Origin: Podarcis pityusensis
Lineage: Eukaryota
NCBI GenBank assembly: GCA_964106645.2
Contig: OZ067047.1
Direction: 5' to 3' (one strand)
DNA length: 64,000 bases
The notes under the pieces were generated by a model that was given only the letters and a program-made list of their open reading frames with translations, searched no databases and was not told the origin of the DNA. How positions within the stretch are numbered: the first letter of the stretch is position 1; every line of letters begins with the position of its first letter. Shown here in pieces: positions 37,090 to 50,540 of this stretch. Position numbers and translations under genes: made by a program.

Positions 37090-37184
37090 ATTTGCAACTA
37101 CGTCGACACTTAAGCTTCTCTGAGGACTCTGACCTCTCCAACGATGACGTCTTAGAGCGCTCTTCACAGAGATCCAAGCGAGAG
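37090..37184 (+). CDS. MICAL3: MICAL3 coding exon DLQLRRHLSFSEDSDLSNDDVLERSSQRSKRE, phase 1 to 0
   Basis: Acceptor ccatctcag, donor GAG|gtaaga; 95 nt. Confidence 0.95.
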
Positions 37185-40100
37185 GTAAGATTAAACTGGG
37201 TGGGAAATGTTGAGCTAGCTGTGCTCTTTCAAAGCCAAGATAAATAATAAAACCTTAGGAAGCCGAAGTGATTAATGTTTAATATGTCCTATTAATTTAC
37301 TTTAGCTGGGCTGGAAGAAACCTGCAGACAAAAGCCCACTTTTGGATATTTCTGGGATTATACTGTAAAAACTCAGTGTTTATGAAGAACATTGCTTTTC
37401 ACATCTCTTAATAACTATATATGGTATCTACACAGGTCAAATGATCTGCCTATCTATACAAACACACTTTTAGCAAATGTAGGAACTGTGACATGCATAT
37501 TTAGCACACTGTCCACTTAATTGCTTTATATCAGTTGTCCATTGGGGTATAGAACAAACACATTGATCCAGACATATAGGTCCTCCTGAGGAATCCTCAT
37601 TTATGGCCTGAAATGCTGGATCTCTTTCCTAAATGATTCCACTGGCTATGTCTCAACCTCAGTTGTGTGATCTGTAGCATCAATTTATCATCTCACATTG
37701 CTCCTGTTGAGAATGAGATGCAGCTTGCAAAGCTGGTGCGTTTGTTCCAGTTGTTGTTCCTTCGATGTGTACTGGGAATGGCTTGTGCGGTTTACACCTC
37801 ATGACAAACATATCACTGGTTTAGGACTCAGTTTCCAAGCTTTATGGGAAAGTCACTACCTCATCAAAGAGGTGCTAAGTTCCTTGCACTGTTCAGCTTT
37901 ATGACAGTGAAGAACACTCTACAATCGCTGTTTCAAATGGCAAGATGGAGGTCTTATTTGCAAGTATGATTATTTGCATGTCGAGCAAATAATCTGTAGT
38001 TTTTCCTGCTAAAAGATCTGCTTGTGAGTAAGCACTCCAACTGGCCACTTTTATCTTGGATGATAAATTACAGCTCAGGCAGCTGTCCAAGGATGATGAT
38101 GTAAGCTTGTAAATGTGACTGTCTTTCATACTCAGACGCTGAGTTTCTTCTCATGTTTAACATACCTATATTTGAGCTGTTGTTGTTTTTTATTGGACCC
38201 TTCCCTGCCCCCCCCCCAACTTCCCACATGCTTGCCTTCAGGCTTTTCCTGGCAGGTTCCACATTACATCTGGGATGCAAAGGAAGGAGGAGGTACCTGG
38301 GGATGCTGGAAACAGCATCATGGGAGAGGGTAGTAGTAACAGTGTGGTGGGTTCTGATAAGTCATGAAGCAGTTACTTATTCATGTCTGCATAGTGCAGA
38401 AGTGGGAACCTGTGGCCTTCCAGATGTTGTGGGATTCCCACTTCTACCTTCCCCAGCCAACATAGGCAATAGACAGGGAGGGTGGGAGTTGCAGTCCAGC
38501 AACATCTGTAGGGCCTTGGTACCCAATCCCTAGCTTAGAGTCCTGAAGCTGCCTCAATGTTCATATAGCTGCTTAGCAGGGATTGGTTAGCACTTCTACC
38601 ACATCTGATTCACACAGGTAGCCAACATGTGATGAAGAGTGAGGATTACTTCACCTCTAAATAGCCATTGGGGTGCTTAATGGTTGTTCTGTTGTGTATT
38701 TTGAATATTGCAGACATTCCAGGTATCTTAATCCTCAGCAAAGAACTGTTATTAATATGCATTGAGAGTTGCATCAAGAAGGAATATGTACTGAAAGAGT
38801 AGAAGTAATTGGTCATTTTACCAATCTTGACTCCTCCAGTTACATGAATGAAAGGATGGTTAAACATTCCATGGACTAACTAATCCTCTCCAGTTCTGAT
38901 ATTGAGCTGGGATGCATAAAACAAAGCAGCTCCCTTACCTCAGTAGAGAGATCAGGAGCAGGCTGCAGGATTGTGTCAGTGACAATACATGGCTTGACTG
39001 CAATGAAGGAGAGAGGGGAGCAGCTGTGAGGAAGAAATACACAATTGCAGTCTGTTCCCCATTGCTTAGTTGTAGTTCATAGAGCCACCTTTGCTCTTCA
39101 CTGCCCCAGTGTGATGTTTTCCATGCTGGTGAGTTGTGAGAACAGAAATGGCAGGGTGTTGTGGGATGGTCTTAATTTGATTACTAATCTGGAATGCAAG
39201 GGCATGGTCTTGTGTGTACCTCCTGAGCCAGTATTTTCTTCTCTCTGCTACATGACCGATCATGAACTGCTTATAGACCAAAACCCAGCAGCTAGCGCTC
39301 TTGTTGCAATACCATATCCTCTTCCCAAAGGTTGCCTGTTTGATGTGGTTTACTGTAATGTTTGCGATTAGCTCTTTAGTTTTGTCTGCTGTCTAACACT
39401 AGAAGCAGCTTCTAAATAAATGCTGGTATAGCTTCCTGTGGGATATGTGCTTCTTGGAGCTTCGGTCAGTGTATGTGTGTATGTGCTGATCTTGTAAAAT
39501 ATTTGATATACTTAGTATCTGACTGTTTGTTCAAGAGTATATTTCCTTCTCTGGTAGCCTGCTGAAGGCTGAGGTTTTGTCTAAAGCAGGGGTCCGCAAC
39601 TGTCATAGCTGTTATGGTTATAGAGGACCCCTCCTAGTTACAAAACTTTTCTTTCCTTATGTTCTTATGCTAAGGGGGATGTTTGACACTGTGGGTGTCA
39701 TATTGGAGGTCCCAAAGTCTAAACTCTGGTTGCACTTCAGTTCTCCCTTTGTGTTTATGCATTTATTTAATGAAGATTAAGTGCACTATGAAAGTACTGA
39801 ATGAAAGGCAGAGTGACATGTGTGCTTTTAAGCAATTCCATAAAAGATACTATGCAACTGCAAAAAAAAACAAAAAACCTGGGCACAAAATTCAGTGTTC
39901 TGAAAAATCACATTTCATTTAAAAAAGAGCCTATGAAACAGAGATGGGGAAACTCTGGTTTACTAGCTGCTGCTGGACACCATTCATCCCTGTCCTTTGG
40001 CTGAGCTGCCTGGGACTGATGGGAGTTGTAGTCCAACAATTTCTGGAGGGCTGTAGTTCCCCCATTCCTGCTATAACACTTCTGAGATGGGTAATGCCTT

Positions 40101-41228
40101 GGGGAGGAGCAAGGTTTTCCAGGGTAATTGACCGGGCTTCAGTGGCCTGTTTGGCTCTTTGCCCTGCACAACTAACCAAACCAGCACCACGTGCAAATTT
40201 TCATTTGCAAAATTGTTTAACTGAGTGCTTTCCAGTGAAAACAGGGTGGAAGGATGCCTAGGTGCCCTGTGGAAAACCATAACATCTGTAAAGGTAAATC
40301 TCAATTCAAGTAGAAGATTGGAGTCAGAATTGAATGCCAGACTAGGCATTCATACACAGTTTCATTAGACAACAAATAGTTATGTGATTATTCCTCAGGG
40401 GAGAAGCACAGATACACATATGGGGGGTGGGTATGATCAGCTGCTTTCTCCCATGTAAACTTTGTCACTGCCATAGTTGTCTTTAAACTCCCTCCTTCCA
40501 CTATTCCTTCTGAATAGTGACAGAAGCTTTGCAGAACCCTTTTCTTCCAATCCACCTGTGCTGCAAACTTCCATTTGCTTCTGCCTTGGCCCAGGCAAGA
40601 ATGCAAGCAACAGAAGAGTGAAACAAGGAGAGGGCTCTGTGTAACCCTCTTTTTACTGTTCATGCAGGAGCAAAGAGAGTTAAGCTTCTGCATGCATTTA
40701 AGCTTATGATAGTGAATCAGTAGGCTGAGCAACAGTAATAACGTCTCTTAATTAAAAACAGCTGCTTTGTTGCTATGTTGTACCTAAATTGGTCTGGCCT
40801 GGACTTCCACAAGTTGTGATCCCTGCCATCTCCCAAGCTGAACAGTGCTCCCAAGCCATGTATATTAGTGCACCAAGAGTTTGATGAACCAACTCTTTCT
40901 GTTGCCTGTGACTACCAAAATTGGCAGCGGGGGTTGGGTAGGGGGTAGGGTTGTACATCGTGACAGGCTACAATACATGGCTTGTAGGTTGCTTATGGGT
41001 TTGGGTCACAGGCAGTGCAGGCCTGGTCAAGTATTTGTTTCCTGATTCTGAAGCATTCACCCTCATACATAGTGCCATGTTGCACTTTGAGCAACCTTTG
41101 TGTTTCTTACTGTTCATTTTGTTTTCAACGTTTTAATGTTTAACTGACTGTGCTCCATTTTATGTGTGTGGGTTTTATTATTTATTTATTTTTGCCTTTG
41201 CCATTCCTTTCCCCTCCCCCTTTTAAAG

Positions 41229-41279
41229 TCGATTTACGTCCCACACGCCTTGGCATTCAAGAGATCATACGCATCAAAG
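41229..41279 (+). CDS. MICAL3: MICAL3 51-nt cassette exon SIYVPHALAFKRSYASK, phase 0 to 0
   Basis: About 135 nt AG-free tract ending ttttaaag, donor AAG|gtagtg; peptide resembles an alternative MICAL3 segment I recall from other vertebrates. Confidence 0.87.
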
Positions 41280-41624
41280 GTAGTGTCTCCATTCTCATTG
41301 ACTGGCCACAGTTGCATGCATTCCCATTATTAACCTACCAGAACTATAGTCTATGTCCCATCTCCCTGCCTTTGTTTGTACTAATGTAATTCCTGACTGT
41401 GCATGTATGAAATGGTTAAAAAAAGGGGGGCAACCTGATCAAGGAAATGTCAAATCCTAAACCTTCATGCTCACTTGAAATGCATGCAGTATGTGCATCA
41501 AGGATCAACCAGAGAGAGAGAACCTGTTGATCTTGGTTTATTGCTTTTTAAAAAGGTTTTAAAGGGTATTTTGCTGGACATATTAGGTACTTACTTATAT
41601 CTGGTATAAACTTGAAATTATTTT

Positions 41625-41837
41625 ACTTTATTATTTATTGCATTTTTATTCTGCTCATCCTCCAAGGAGATCAAGGTGGCTTACAAGATTCGCCCATTTT
41701 ATCCTCACAACAACCCTGATAGGTAGGGTAAGCTGAGAGGAAGAGATCAGCTGAAGGTCACACAGTGAGCTGAATGGAGATTTGAGCTTGGATCTCCCCA
41801 GTTGTAGTCCTCTACTCTAATCACAGTAGCCTTGGCC
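41625..41837 (-). mobile_element. CORE/MIR-like SINE
   Basis: cattttatcctcacaacaaccctg..aggtagg...aaggtcacacagtgag...gatttga; weaker relatives near 10525-10700, 26850-27030, 36780-36830 and 53870-54090. Confidence 0.65.
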
Positions 41838-43343
41838 ATTATAATTTATTGATATGTTTATGTACACTCCATATGTCAGTGTAAAAATATAAGTATACAC
41901 ATAGGTAGAGTGCACAAAACAAGCATCATTTTAATAAAAACAACAACAACAACAACTTTTGCAAATACTTGTGTTCATTCCCACAGTTCTCCAAATCTTT
42001 TGGTTACTTCTGAATTATTGATAAAAGCTGGTTCCAAATTGCAGTCCAAGTAACATATTGTTTTAGGGGGTATCACAATATCACCTCAGTTGCCCCTCTT
42101 CCCATTCTAAGCACATTCACATCAGTGGCTGTAATTGGTTTTGTACCTGTTCCATTTCCCTAAGGAACTCTTGAGTTCTATGTGAGTGTGACCTAGATGT
42201 GTCAAACTGACTTCTCAGCAAGCTACAGTTCTCAAGATTCTTGGGAGAAACCAGTATCAAGTTTGTTGTGCAGCGATGCCTTCCAACTCTGCTCACAGGT
42301 TATATTCTCATGTTACTGTTTTGTGTGTTGAAATCTACACATCTGTGAAGGCTTGCACATTGTAATGTGAGAGTTGTCATCCAGGTGTGTTTTCTTCTTT
42401 TGGCCTAGTATATGCTTCAACTTCTTGATGCATACATTAAGCCAAATGGGAAAGAAATGTGCAAGCATTCTCAGCTTAGGAAATGCAGGTTTTCCTGCTG
42501 AAGTGTGGATTTTAACATATAAAAACGTAATATGAGAAAGTAGCACTTGGTTTCAGGTTGCAGTCTTGAATAAGAAAACAATGAAAGAGGCAATTCACGG
42601 ATTTGCTGTTCTCAGAGCAAACACATCACTTTTACACATTCTGTGGCCAAATACAAAATAAGCTACCAGTGAAACTGTTAGGTATGGGCTTAGTGGGGCT
42701 CCAAAGTGATCTTCCTGTGATTTAGCATCTTTTTAGCACTAATAAACTCTGGTAACTCTAATGACTTCCAATCTCTAATCTGACCAGGATTTCAGCCACC
42801 CAAATCTTGTTGACTTGATTTTTTAAAATGGCATAATAGGGGATGCTGGGATATTTGTGTCAATGGGGGGGCTGCTCTGAATTGTCAAGGGAGGATGATA
42901 TGTTAGGAAAGCACATGCTCCACACATCTTGTTACAACATAGATGTGAATTCTCAGCCCCAAAACAAGTCTGTAAGTTGTATGTCTATCTTGAAACTAGT
43001 TGTTTATATTAATGATTTTGACAAGATGTTTAAAAGACACTGGAGCATGTGTCCATAAAACTGGAAGACATAGGCAGCTTATAACCCCATAGAGCTAGTT
43101 CACACCACAAATTTATAGCTAAGTTGTATGATCAGCAGGCCCATGTGACACAACTGCTACTTGACCATTTAAGACTGCTGTTAGGGTGCTCTCACAGTTG
43201 TATGCTTGCCTAGAATGTTTTTATGTTAGCTGGAAGGATATTTGCATAGCTTTCCTCATCGCATTCTAGTTTTGTATGTGCTAAGAATTGACTTTTTAAT
43301 ATAGAATTCATATCGCCATTATTCCCAATTGCAGGTTGAAGTG

Positions 43344-43380
43344 ATTACATAGGCCTTTAGTGCATTACATAGGCCTTTAG
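43344..43380. repeat. Short tandem duplication, 20-bp period
   Basis: ATTACATAGGCCTTTAG twice, separated by TGC. Confidence 0.9.
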
Positions 43381-43936
43381 ATCATGAGTTTCCTCTATTG
43401 TTGCATTGAAAATGCAGGTTGAGTGGTTCCATGCCCTGCTGATTAAGTGACTGGGAGGAGTTGCAAATATGGTAGAAGTTGCAGCCTGGACTCATGGTAG
43501 CACAAGGAAATAGGCAGTATACCATGTGCTATAATCTACAACGAACTCTCAGCCTACTTCGTAAGATGATTTGGTCATGGGTTTATTTTTTTTACTTTGC
43601 CTAGGTCAAAAAGTAATACAATAGGCTCCCTTCTTTGTAAGAAAGTTGATGAAATCAGGGACACCTCCTATCTTTAGGGCAAGCCACAAGGAGAATTGAA
43701 GAGGATGCAGCTGTAACTGGAAGCTCTCTGTTAAATCACTGCTTTGCACCTGATTCATGCCTTTCTTTCACACCTTACTTCTGCACCAAGGCCCACGCAC
43801 TGCACTGTTAGCACTCAAATTGACAGTTTGCCCACTGAGAAGAAAGTCCAGCAAGTAGCACCTTCTGTTCCTACTTATTCAGGCTGACAGCTTTGTTGTA
43901 AGGGACTGAAATGCATTCCTCTCTTTATTGCTGCAG

Positions 43937-44044
43937 AAAGCATACACGGAGGATGAGCTCAACGCCAAACTGACCAGACGGGTGCAGAAAGCTGCTCGCC
44001 GTCAAGCCAAGCAGGAGGAGCTGAAGAGGTTACACAGGGCTCAG
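43937..44044 (+). CDS. MICAL3: MICAL3 coding exon KAYTEDELNAKLTRRVQKAARRQAKQEELKRLHRAQ, phase 0 to 0
   Basis: Acceptor ttgctgcag, donor CAG|gtaaag; 108 nt; start of the coiled-coil/bMERB region. Confidence 0.96.
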
Positions 44045-44660
44045 GTAAAGCCATAATTTTCATCCATAATTTCCAGGAAGAAAAAATCATGAGCCTTTAA
44101 GAAGATAACCTTCTTTGTGCACATCTTTGCAGTGTGCATCAGAAAACTGCATGTCTCGAGGAAGGTCACATTACATTGACCTGTCTGGTGGTATGATCCT
44201 GATGTTTTCCCATAATTTAACTGCACTTCCTACATGTAAGGTTTGACAACGGTACATATTACTCTCTTGTTGCTGCCTGGAGTGCTGCTTTTGTAAGACA
44301 CCTGTATGAGCAGCTGCAAGCAATATACCTATGTACACTTCTGCCTTGTACGGATCCAAAACAGTAGCTGGAGAATGTGTGACTTATCAATATCCTGAAG
44401 ACACTTCACACAGCAGCACAAACAAAAAGGCATATCCCTGCCCTGAGGAGCTTTCAGTCTAGATTTTGACCAAATGGAGACAAAGGAGAGGGAGGTGGAC
44501 ACTGGGGCAAGAGGAAGAATATACACAAATTCATATTACTCAAATATAGTAGGGGGTTATGGTAAAGAGATGTTGTGGAAGAGGTAGGATTTGATGAAAG
44601 ATTCCAAAATTATTTGAAGGTATTTTTGGGAAAGGTGTGTGAGTACTTCCCACATATCTA

Positions 44661-44865
44661 GGGCTTGTCCACACTTTGCTTGTCCCATGCCTAGAAAGCA
44701 TGTCTGAGAAGTTTTCTGTTTGCCCCGCTGCTTGCCTCATGAAAACCCACTCTTTGGCACTGAATCGGAGCAAAGTCAATCCATGGGAAACCTGATTGAG
44801 GTTTGCTCCGATTCAGTGCTAAAGAGTAGATTTCCCTGGAGGAAAGCAAAAGTGTAGACGAGCCC
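44661..44865. mobile_element. PIF/Harbinger-like MITE with internal hairpin
   Basis: TIRs GGGCTTGTCCACACTTT / AAAGTGTAGACGAGCCC; 3-bp flanks CTA / CTG; superfamily inferred from TIR style. Confidence 0.65.
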
Positions 44866-45182
44866 CTGGTCCCCATAGTGTGCACACACTGGATGCTTCA
44901 CCCACCATTTTTAAGGACACATGGAGAGCATGTTGCCCAACCAGGTACTTGGGGGGGAATTCCCAGATGGGCCACTGCTTGGAAAACATCCATGCTCTCT
45001 TTTCCCCCAGGAGTTGATCATCAGTTACAAAACCTTAAGGCCCCTCTGGTGTGAGCCTCTGGAACAGCTCTTAGGTGGCGCTGGTCTGCTTTGGAAGCAC
45101 TGGAGATTCTTGACATTAGTATCCTGCCATTTGAACACAGGAGAATGAGGACCTATGTGTCTGTTTCCCTCTTTTCCCATAG

Positions 45183-45276
45183 ATTATCCAACGACAGCTG
45201 GAGCAAGTAGAAGAGAAGCAAAGGCAGCTGGAGGAGAGGGGAGTTGCTGTTGAGAAGGCTCTTAGGGGAGAAGCAG
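45183..45276 (+). CDS. MICAL3: MICAL3 coding exon IIQRQLEQVEEKQRQLEERGVAVEKALRGEA (bMERB), phase 0 to 1
   Basis: Acceptor ttttcccatag, donor CAG|gtacct; 94 nt. Confidence 0.96.
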
Positions 45277-48200
45277 GTACCTTCCAGTCTTCCATCTTGT
45301 GTTTTTCTTTTCTTACTACATTTTTATGCAAAGGTTCATAACAACCTGTGAGCTAGCTTTACAGACTGGTCCCTTCCTAAGCTGCAAGTTCTTTTATTAA
45401 ATTATCTTTTTAAACAAATGAATTAAAATTCACCATTTCCCTTCTCTATCAGAACTTGGGCTTCTCTGCCTGTGAAGCTACCTAAATGGCAAGTTCCCTT
45501 AGCCGGGTTTCATTTGCTCTGAAAATACGTTTCACCTCTTCAGGACAAAGTTTTGTCCAATTATTGCAAAAAGGTGGTAATGCATATAGGTTACCCATCT
45601 GCCTAGCTTTCCTTTAGGAATAAAACTTGGTTGTGGCAAGGAAGCTTCCACTTTGCCCAGCAAGATGAAAAAGAGAAGAAAGTAATTGATATAAATTTGT
45701 GTTTTTTAATTCACTGTGCCTTGAATCAGCATTAGCACCCTCATAAGGGACCATCACAGAACAGCCCCAGCAAGTATCACATGCTCTCTGCAAAATCATG
45801 CGCAGCTTCAAGGCGTGTGAAACAGAAATTCAATACAATATGTGAAACAGTTGTTGTCATCGTCATCTGCTGTTAATGGAATGAACCTCTACACTTGATG
45901 GCCTGGTCTAATGAATGGTACTTGGAATTAACATAGATGAAAGACATTAAGAGCAGAACTAGATGTTACTGCACACACAGGACTGCTACTGAAAACCCAA
46001 AACTCTGCATGTAGTCTTCTGCCCACACACCCTTCTTAATGCCCAGTGAAAATTGCTGTGCAACGTGATGTCGTCACTCTTGACTTTCCCTGCCTCCATC
46101 CTTCTTCATTGGGTGCCGAGGTGAGAGAATTCACTGCAAGACATTGCATGGTGAGTTTCACTAGACCTTACGAGGGAGGAAGAAGTAGTAATGAGAATAC
46201 TGTTTTACCTGTAGCCCTGTGTCTGCCATAATGTCTAGTTCACCCGTGGGAGAGAACATAGTTAGATGATGATTTCCTCACTTGACATATTCTGTCACTC
46301 CTTCCTTGAGAAACAAGTAGAGGCAAATACACAAAAGCCCAGGTTATTTCACATGATCCATTTACCAGAGGTGTAAGAGGCAACCTACTTGGTGAAAATG
46401 AATTTAACTTAATTTTGAGAATATGTAAAGACGAGTAACATTTTGTTATACTGACCTTAAGTTTGGGAGGGAAATGTAACTAAATTGACTTTCCTCAAAA
46501 CAGCCTGGAAGAATTGTTTTTCTGCTTTGTTTGAAGCTTGGATTGACACACTGAAATTTCCAATAGGAATGCGGTAGGATTATCAGTGACCGGACAATCA
46601 GTGCACTAAGAACAGATACTACCTGAACATTACACTTAATTATTACAATGTATTTCTTTTTATTATGATGTATATCCTGCCCTATTCTGAAATCTCCTGG
46701 TAAATAACATCCTATTTGAGACAGATTTAACAATATCAAAGGCAACACAGGATGAATTAAATTTTAATCCCTTGTGTGCTGTCCTTGACCACCAAATGCC
46801 ACCCCAGTTACAGGAGACTTTCCCTACCTGTGTTAGATACCCCGGTTTTGGCAAATCTTAAAAGATTAGGAATTCCATAATTGTGGATTAGCCCTCGGGA
46901 AGTCTCATGTATCCTTATAGTTGAAAATTACTTTGCAGAGAGTGGCCTACAGTGATCTTGGCACCTGCAAGGGAGCCCCAGGGAGGGAACTGTGTGGGAC
47001 TTAATCTCTTTAAGATTGAAACCAGCAACATCTAGTGCACCACAATCACAAACTGAGCATCATACCTTCTCCTTATTTTCAAAGGCAGTCTTCCCTAAAG
47101 CTTACATACAGATATTAACATTTTTGAGTTAATGAGTACACTTTGATAGTGCCATCACCACTAGCTGCCCAAACTTGCTTATTTTATCCTGCAGTTGACT
47201 CTGGTTTAAAATGCTTTTTTCAGGCTTTCAGAGTCATTCTTGTTGCATCATAGAGAATTTGATTGCCTCCAACTTGAAAGGGAGAGAATCTATTGAGAAT
47301 ATGTTTTGGTAGGACTGCAGAGTGCAGCTTTTTGCTAGTGGTAGCTCACAGCATCAGCTGGGGCCAAATCATGTACTCAGTCGAACTTAATCCCTGGAAT
47401 ACTTTTACAACTATTTAAATATTGTTGTTTAAATTGTTTCATAAAATGAATGCAGGTATATAGTTTTAAAAGAATAGAAAGAATTATGCACCTCTACATT
47501 CAACAGTCTACAGCCATCTCAAACTCTTTTCTTTTTTTTGTCACCTGACATTCATTTCATTGTCCCCCAGCATCCTTATAGGTGGTGTCATCAGAATTTG
47601 AGGAGCTTTGCAAACAACTGAGGGCTTTACTTGCCACACTTCATGGGCAGTGGTGGTGCTTTGGCAAGCAGAAAATTATTAGAGATGGCTTTAGATATCT
47701 AAAATGTGATGGGGAAGTGGAGAGGGAGAGACAAATGAAAAGGTTGGCTTCTTTTGGGGCCTCACAGGTGTGCCTATGAGTATTAATAATTGCCTTTTGA
47801 ATTCAGGATTTATAGCTGAAAGATGTCCATATTCAGTAATCCCATGAAAAATGTACTGTTAATGGGGCATGCTCTTGTTTCATGAGATGAGAGAATTATT
47901 AATTTTTTAGATTTTCATGTGCCTTAAAACCTCTTTTTCCTTACACACCTTCAATATCAGCAGTAACTTATTTCTGTATACTGTCCAAACAACCTTGACT
48001 GCCTTATGCAGTGTATATAGTATTGGCCAAACTGATATGCCTTGCAGACTACAGTTACAAAGCCTTATTCTCTTAATGGCTAGTAATAGGTTTGCTGGAA
48101 AAGGAGCTTCTGCTTTGGTAATGCAGATGGGAAGAGAACACCTTCCCCAAACTACCCATTCTTTATTGTTAAAACAGCTTCCTTGTGTATGAGTTAATTA

Positions 48201-48579
48201 GAATTTTGTGTCCATTTCACGCAAGACTTATTCTACATTGATACTGCTTCTATTGTTAGGAGCATTGCATGCACACTTTAACATGGGACAAATACACAAA
48301 AGCTCTCCTACTATGTGCACTTGTGGTGAAACAGACATGGTATGTGCTCATCATGTTGTAATAAACACACAGCATACATGCCCTTGCCGTATGTAGACGG
48401 CATAGACACTGTACATAGGAAGTGATTTTCTGCCTGGAGCACTTTTGTACACTTTCTATGCTACTTTATATATTGAAAACTAAAGTTCATCTTATTGTGT
48501 GATGTGTCAAAGGAACATACTTTGTGCATTCCATAAACAGCCCAATGCACTTTGGTATTCCAGGCAGAAAATCCAAGTA

Positions 48580-48830
48580 CAGTCGTACCTTGGAAGTCGA
48601 ATGGAATCTGTTCCAGAAGTCTGTTCGACTTCCAAAACATTTGGAAACCAAAGCGCAGCTTCTGATTGGCTGCAGGAAGCTCCTGCAGCCAATCAGAAGC
48701 TGTGGAAGCCCCATCAGATGTTCGGATTCCAAAAGAACGTTCGCAAACCAGAACAATCACTTCTGAGTTTGTGGCGTTCGGGAGCCAAAAAGTCTGAGTT
48801 CCAGGGCATTCAGGATCCAAGGTACGACTG
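48580..48830. mobile_element. Tc1/mariner (Tigger/pogo-like) MITE, 251 bp
   Basis: Perfect 15-bp TIR CAGTCGTACCTTGGA; flanks TA / TG; internal perfect 22-bp inverted repeat 48656-48702. Confidence 0.88.
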
Positions 48831-50284
48831 TGGTCCCCTTTACTACTTGGTAGTAATAATAATTAATTATAGTTCGGTGGCCTTTAATGGTTTTCCCCAA
48901 AATATCTGGCACCTGAGGCCAACTGGCTCAGTTTGCATAATAGAAGGTCCAAACCTGTCTTGACCCAAGTGAAATTTTTGAGCATTGGAACAACTCTGAC
49001 ACCAATTTTCTTGAGTCTGTCATGGTGCTTCCTTCTTAGGGGTTGAAACTAAAGTAACAATTGACATTTTATTTCTGATTAGAAATAAATTAATTTGAAA
49101 AGTGTTATCCTGGAAACACAAGGAAACCCTTTATGATGAGCAGTTCAGAGGATTTAAATCTTCCATACATATTTTTGTTCTCTTAAGTTAAGTGACCCTA
49201 AAGTCTGTTGCATACATCATTACTGCTTTAATAAGGCTCTTCATAGTTTACCAGAATGTATAAAGATTTCCAAATGTTATATACTCCCAGCAGACATTGA
49301 CATGATTATTAGGCATACTGGATGCCCTATTTAAACTGGAGGGGTTTTCGTTTGGGTCAGAATGGAGACTCTTTGTAGAACATAGTTATTTTAGGGGAAG
49401 AACCCTTACATTCTGCAGAAGGGGCACGGCAACTGCTTAGTTTTTCTTAGCTATATGGTGTTGAGTTCCTTGCCCAAATCCACACACCCCCGGCCCATGT
49501 GGCCATTTCATGTTTCCTACTTCTGACAACACATCCTATAAAACAGTATCTGCCATTTATGGAAAGTGATTGCAGGAATGTAGATGTGTGAGAAAAGTTA
49601 CCAAAGAATTGGCTATGCCCTTAGCCTTCCCAAGACCAATCTTACATGCAAGATCCCAGATTCCATTGGGCTTGTTTATGGATTTACCCCGGAGGTGAAA
49701 AAACTTACCAAAAAGAAGCTGCAAGAGTGAAGACCCTAGTACTTTTCTGGTTGCTTAGCCGACACAAAACAATGTAGCTGAATAAAAAGAAGGATGAAAT
49801 GAGAAGACCCAGCCCAACATCTTCCCCAGCTCTCTTGAATGGAGATGTATCCTTCCCCAAATTCCCTTCCTACTGGAGAATGCTTGTGGGTCCTTCCTTA
49901 ATGTCCCCCAAAATAACAGTGCAGTGTCTCATCTTGATACAAACCAGTATAGGTGACAAATCCTCATACAGAATCCAGCCTGCTCTCCTTCTCTGCCTGG
50001 AAATCCATGCCTGCCTGTCCTCCCTGCCTATTTACCAGGGAATACTTTATCCTCCCCCTGTCTTTACAGTATATACTGTATATATGTATGTGTATATATT
50101 TATTATAGAGTTGCATGATTTCTTGTTTCTTCTGTTTCTGTCTCTCTCTTTCCCTGTCTTGCTTCTCTTATGTATGCAATTTCTCTTACAGAGTGATTTG
50201 AATCCTGGGCAGGGAGTGGGGAGGGCTAGCAGGGGTGGGTACTTGAACCAATAACTCTCTCTCTTCACCGATTCCTTGTTGTAG

Positions 50285-50335
50285 ACTATTGGGGAGAGTC
50301 TTATTACAGTGACCTCATCGACTTGCACCTGGGTG
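50285..50335 (+). CDS. MICAL3: MICAL3 51-nt cassette exon DYWGESYYSDLIDLHLG, phase 1 to 1
   Basis: Acceptor ccttgttgtag, donor GTG|gtatgt; open in the required phase; ACTAAC at 50364. Confidence 0.85.
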
Positions 50336-50540
50336 GTATGTATGGCAGAACCTCTTTGCTGGCACTAACCCTGCTGACACCTGCTCCCGCCACCCTCTCC
50401 CTCCACCTACTTCTTTCCATCCCTGGCTCCTCACAAGCAATGAGAAGAAACCAGTCTTGCACCTAATTGATTGGCTAGGGCACAACCCCTTTTCCAGCTC
50501 GGAGGAGAACTAGCAGTCCTTAATGAGCAGTGTTTTGGAG

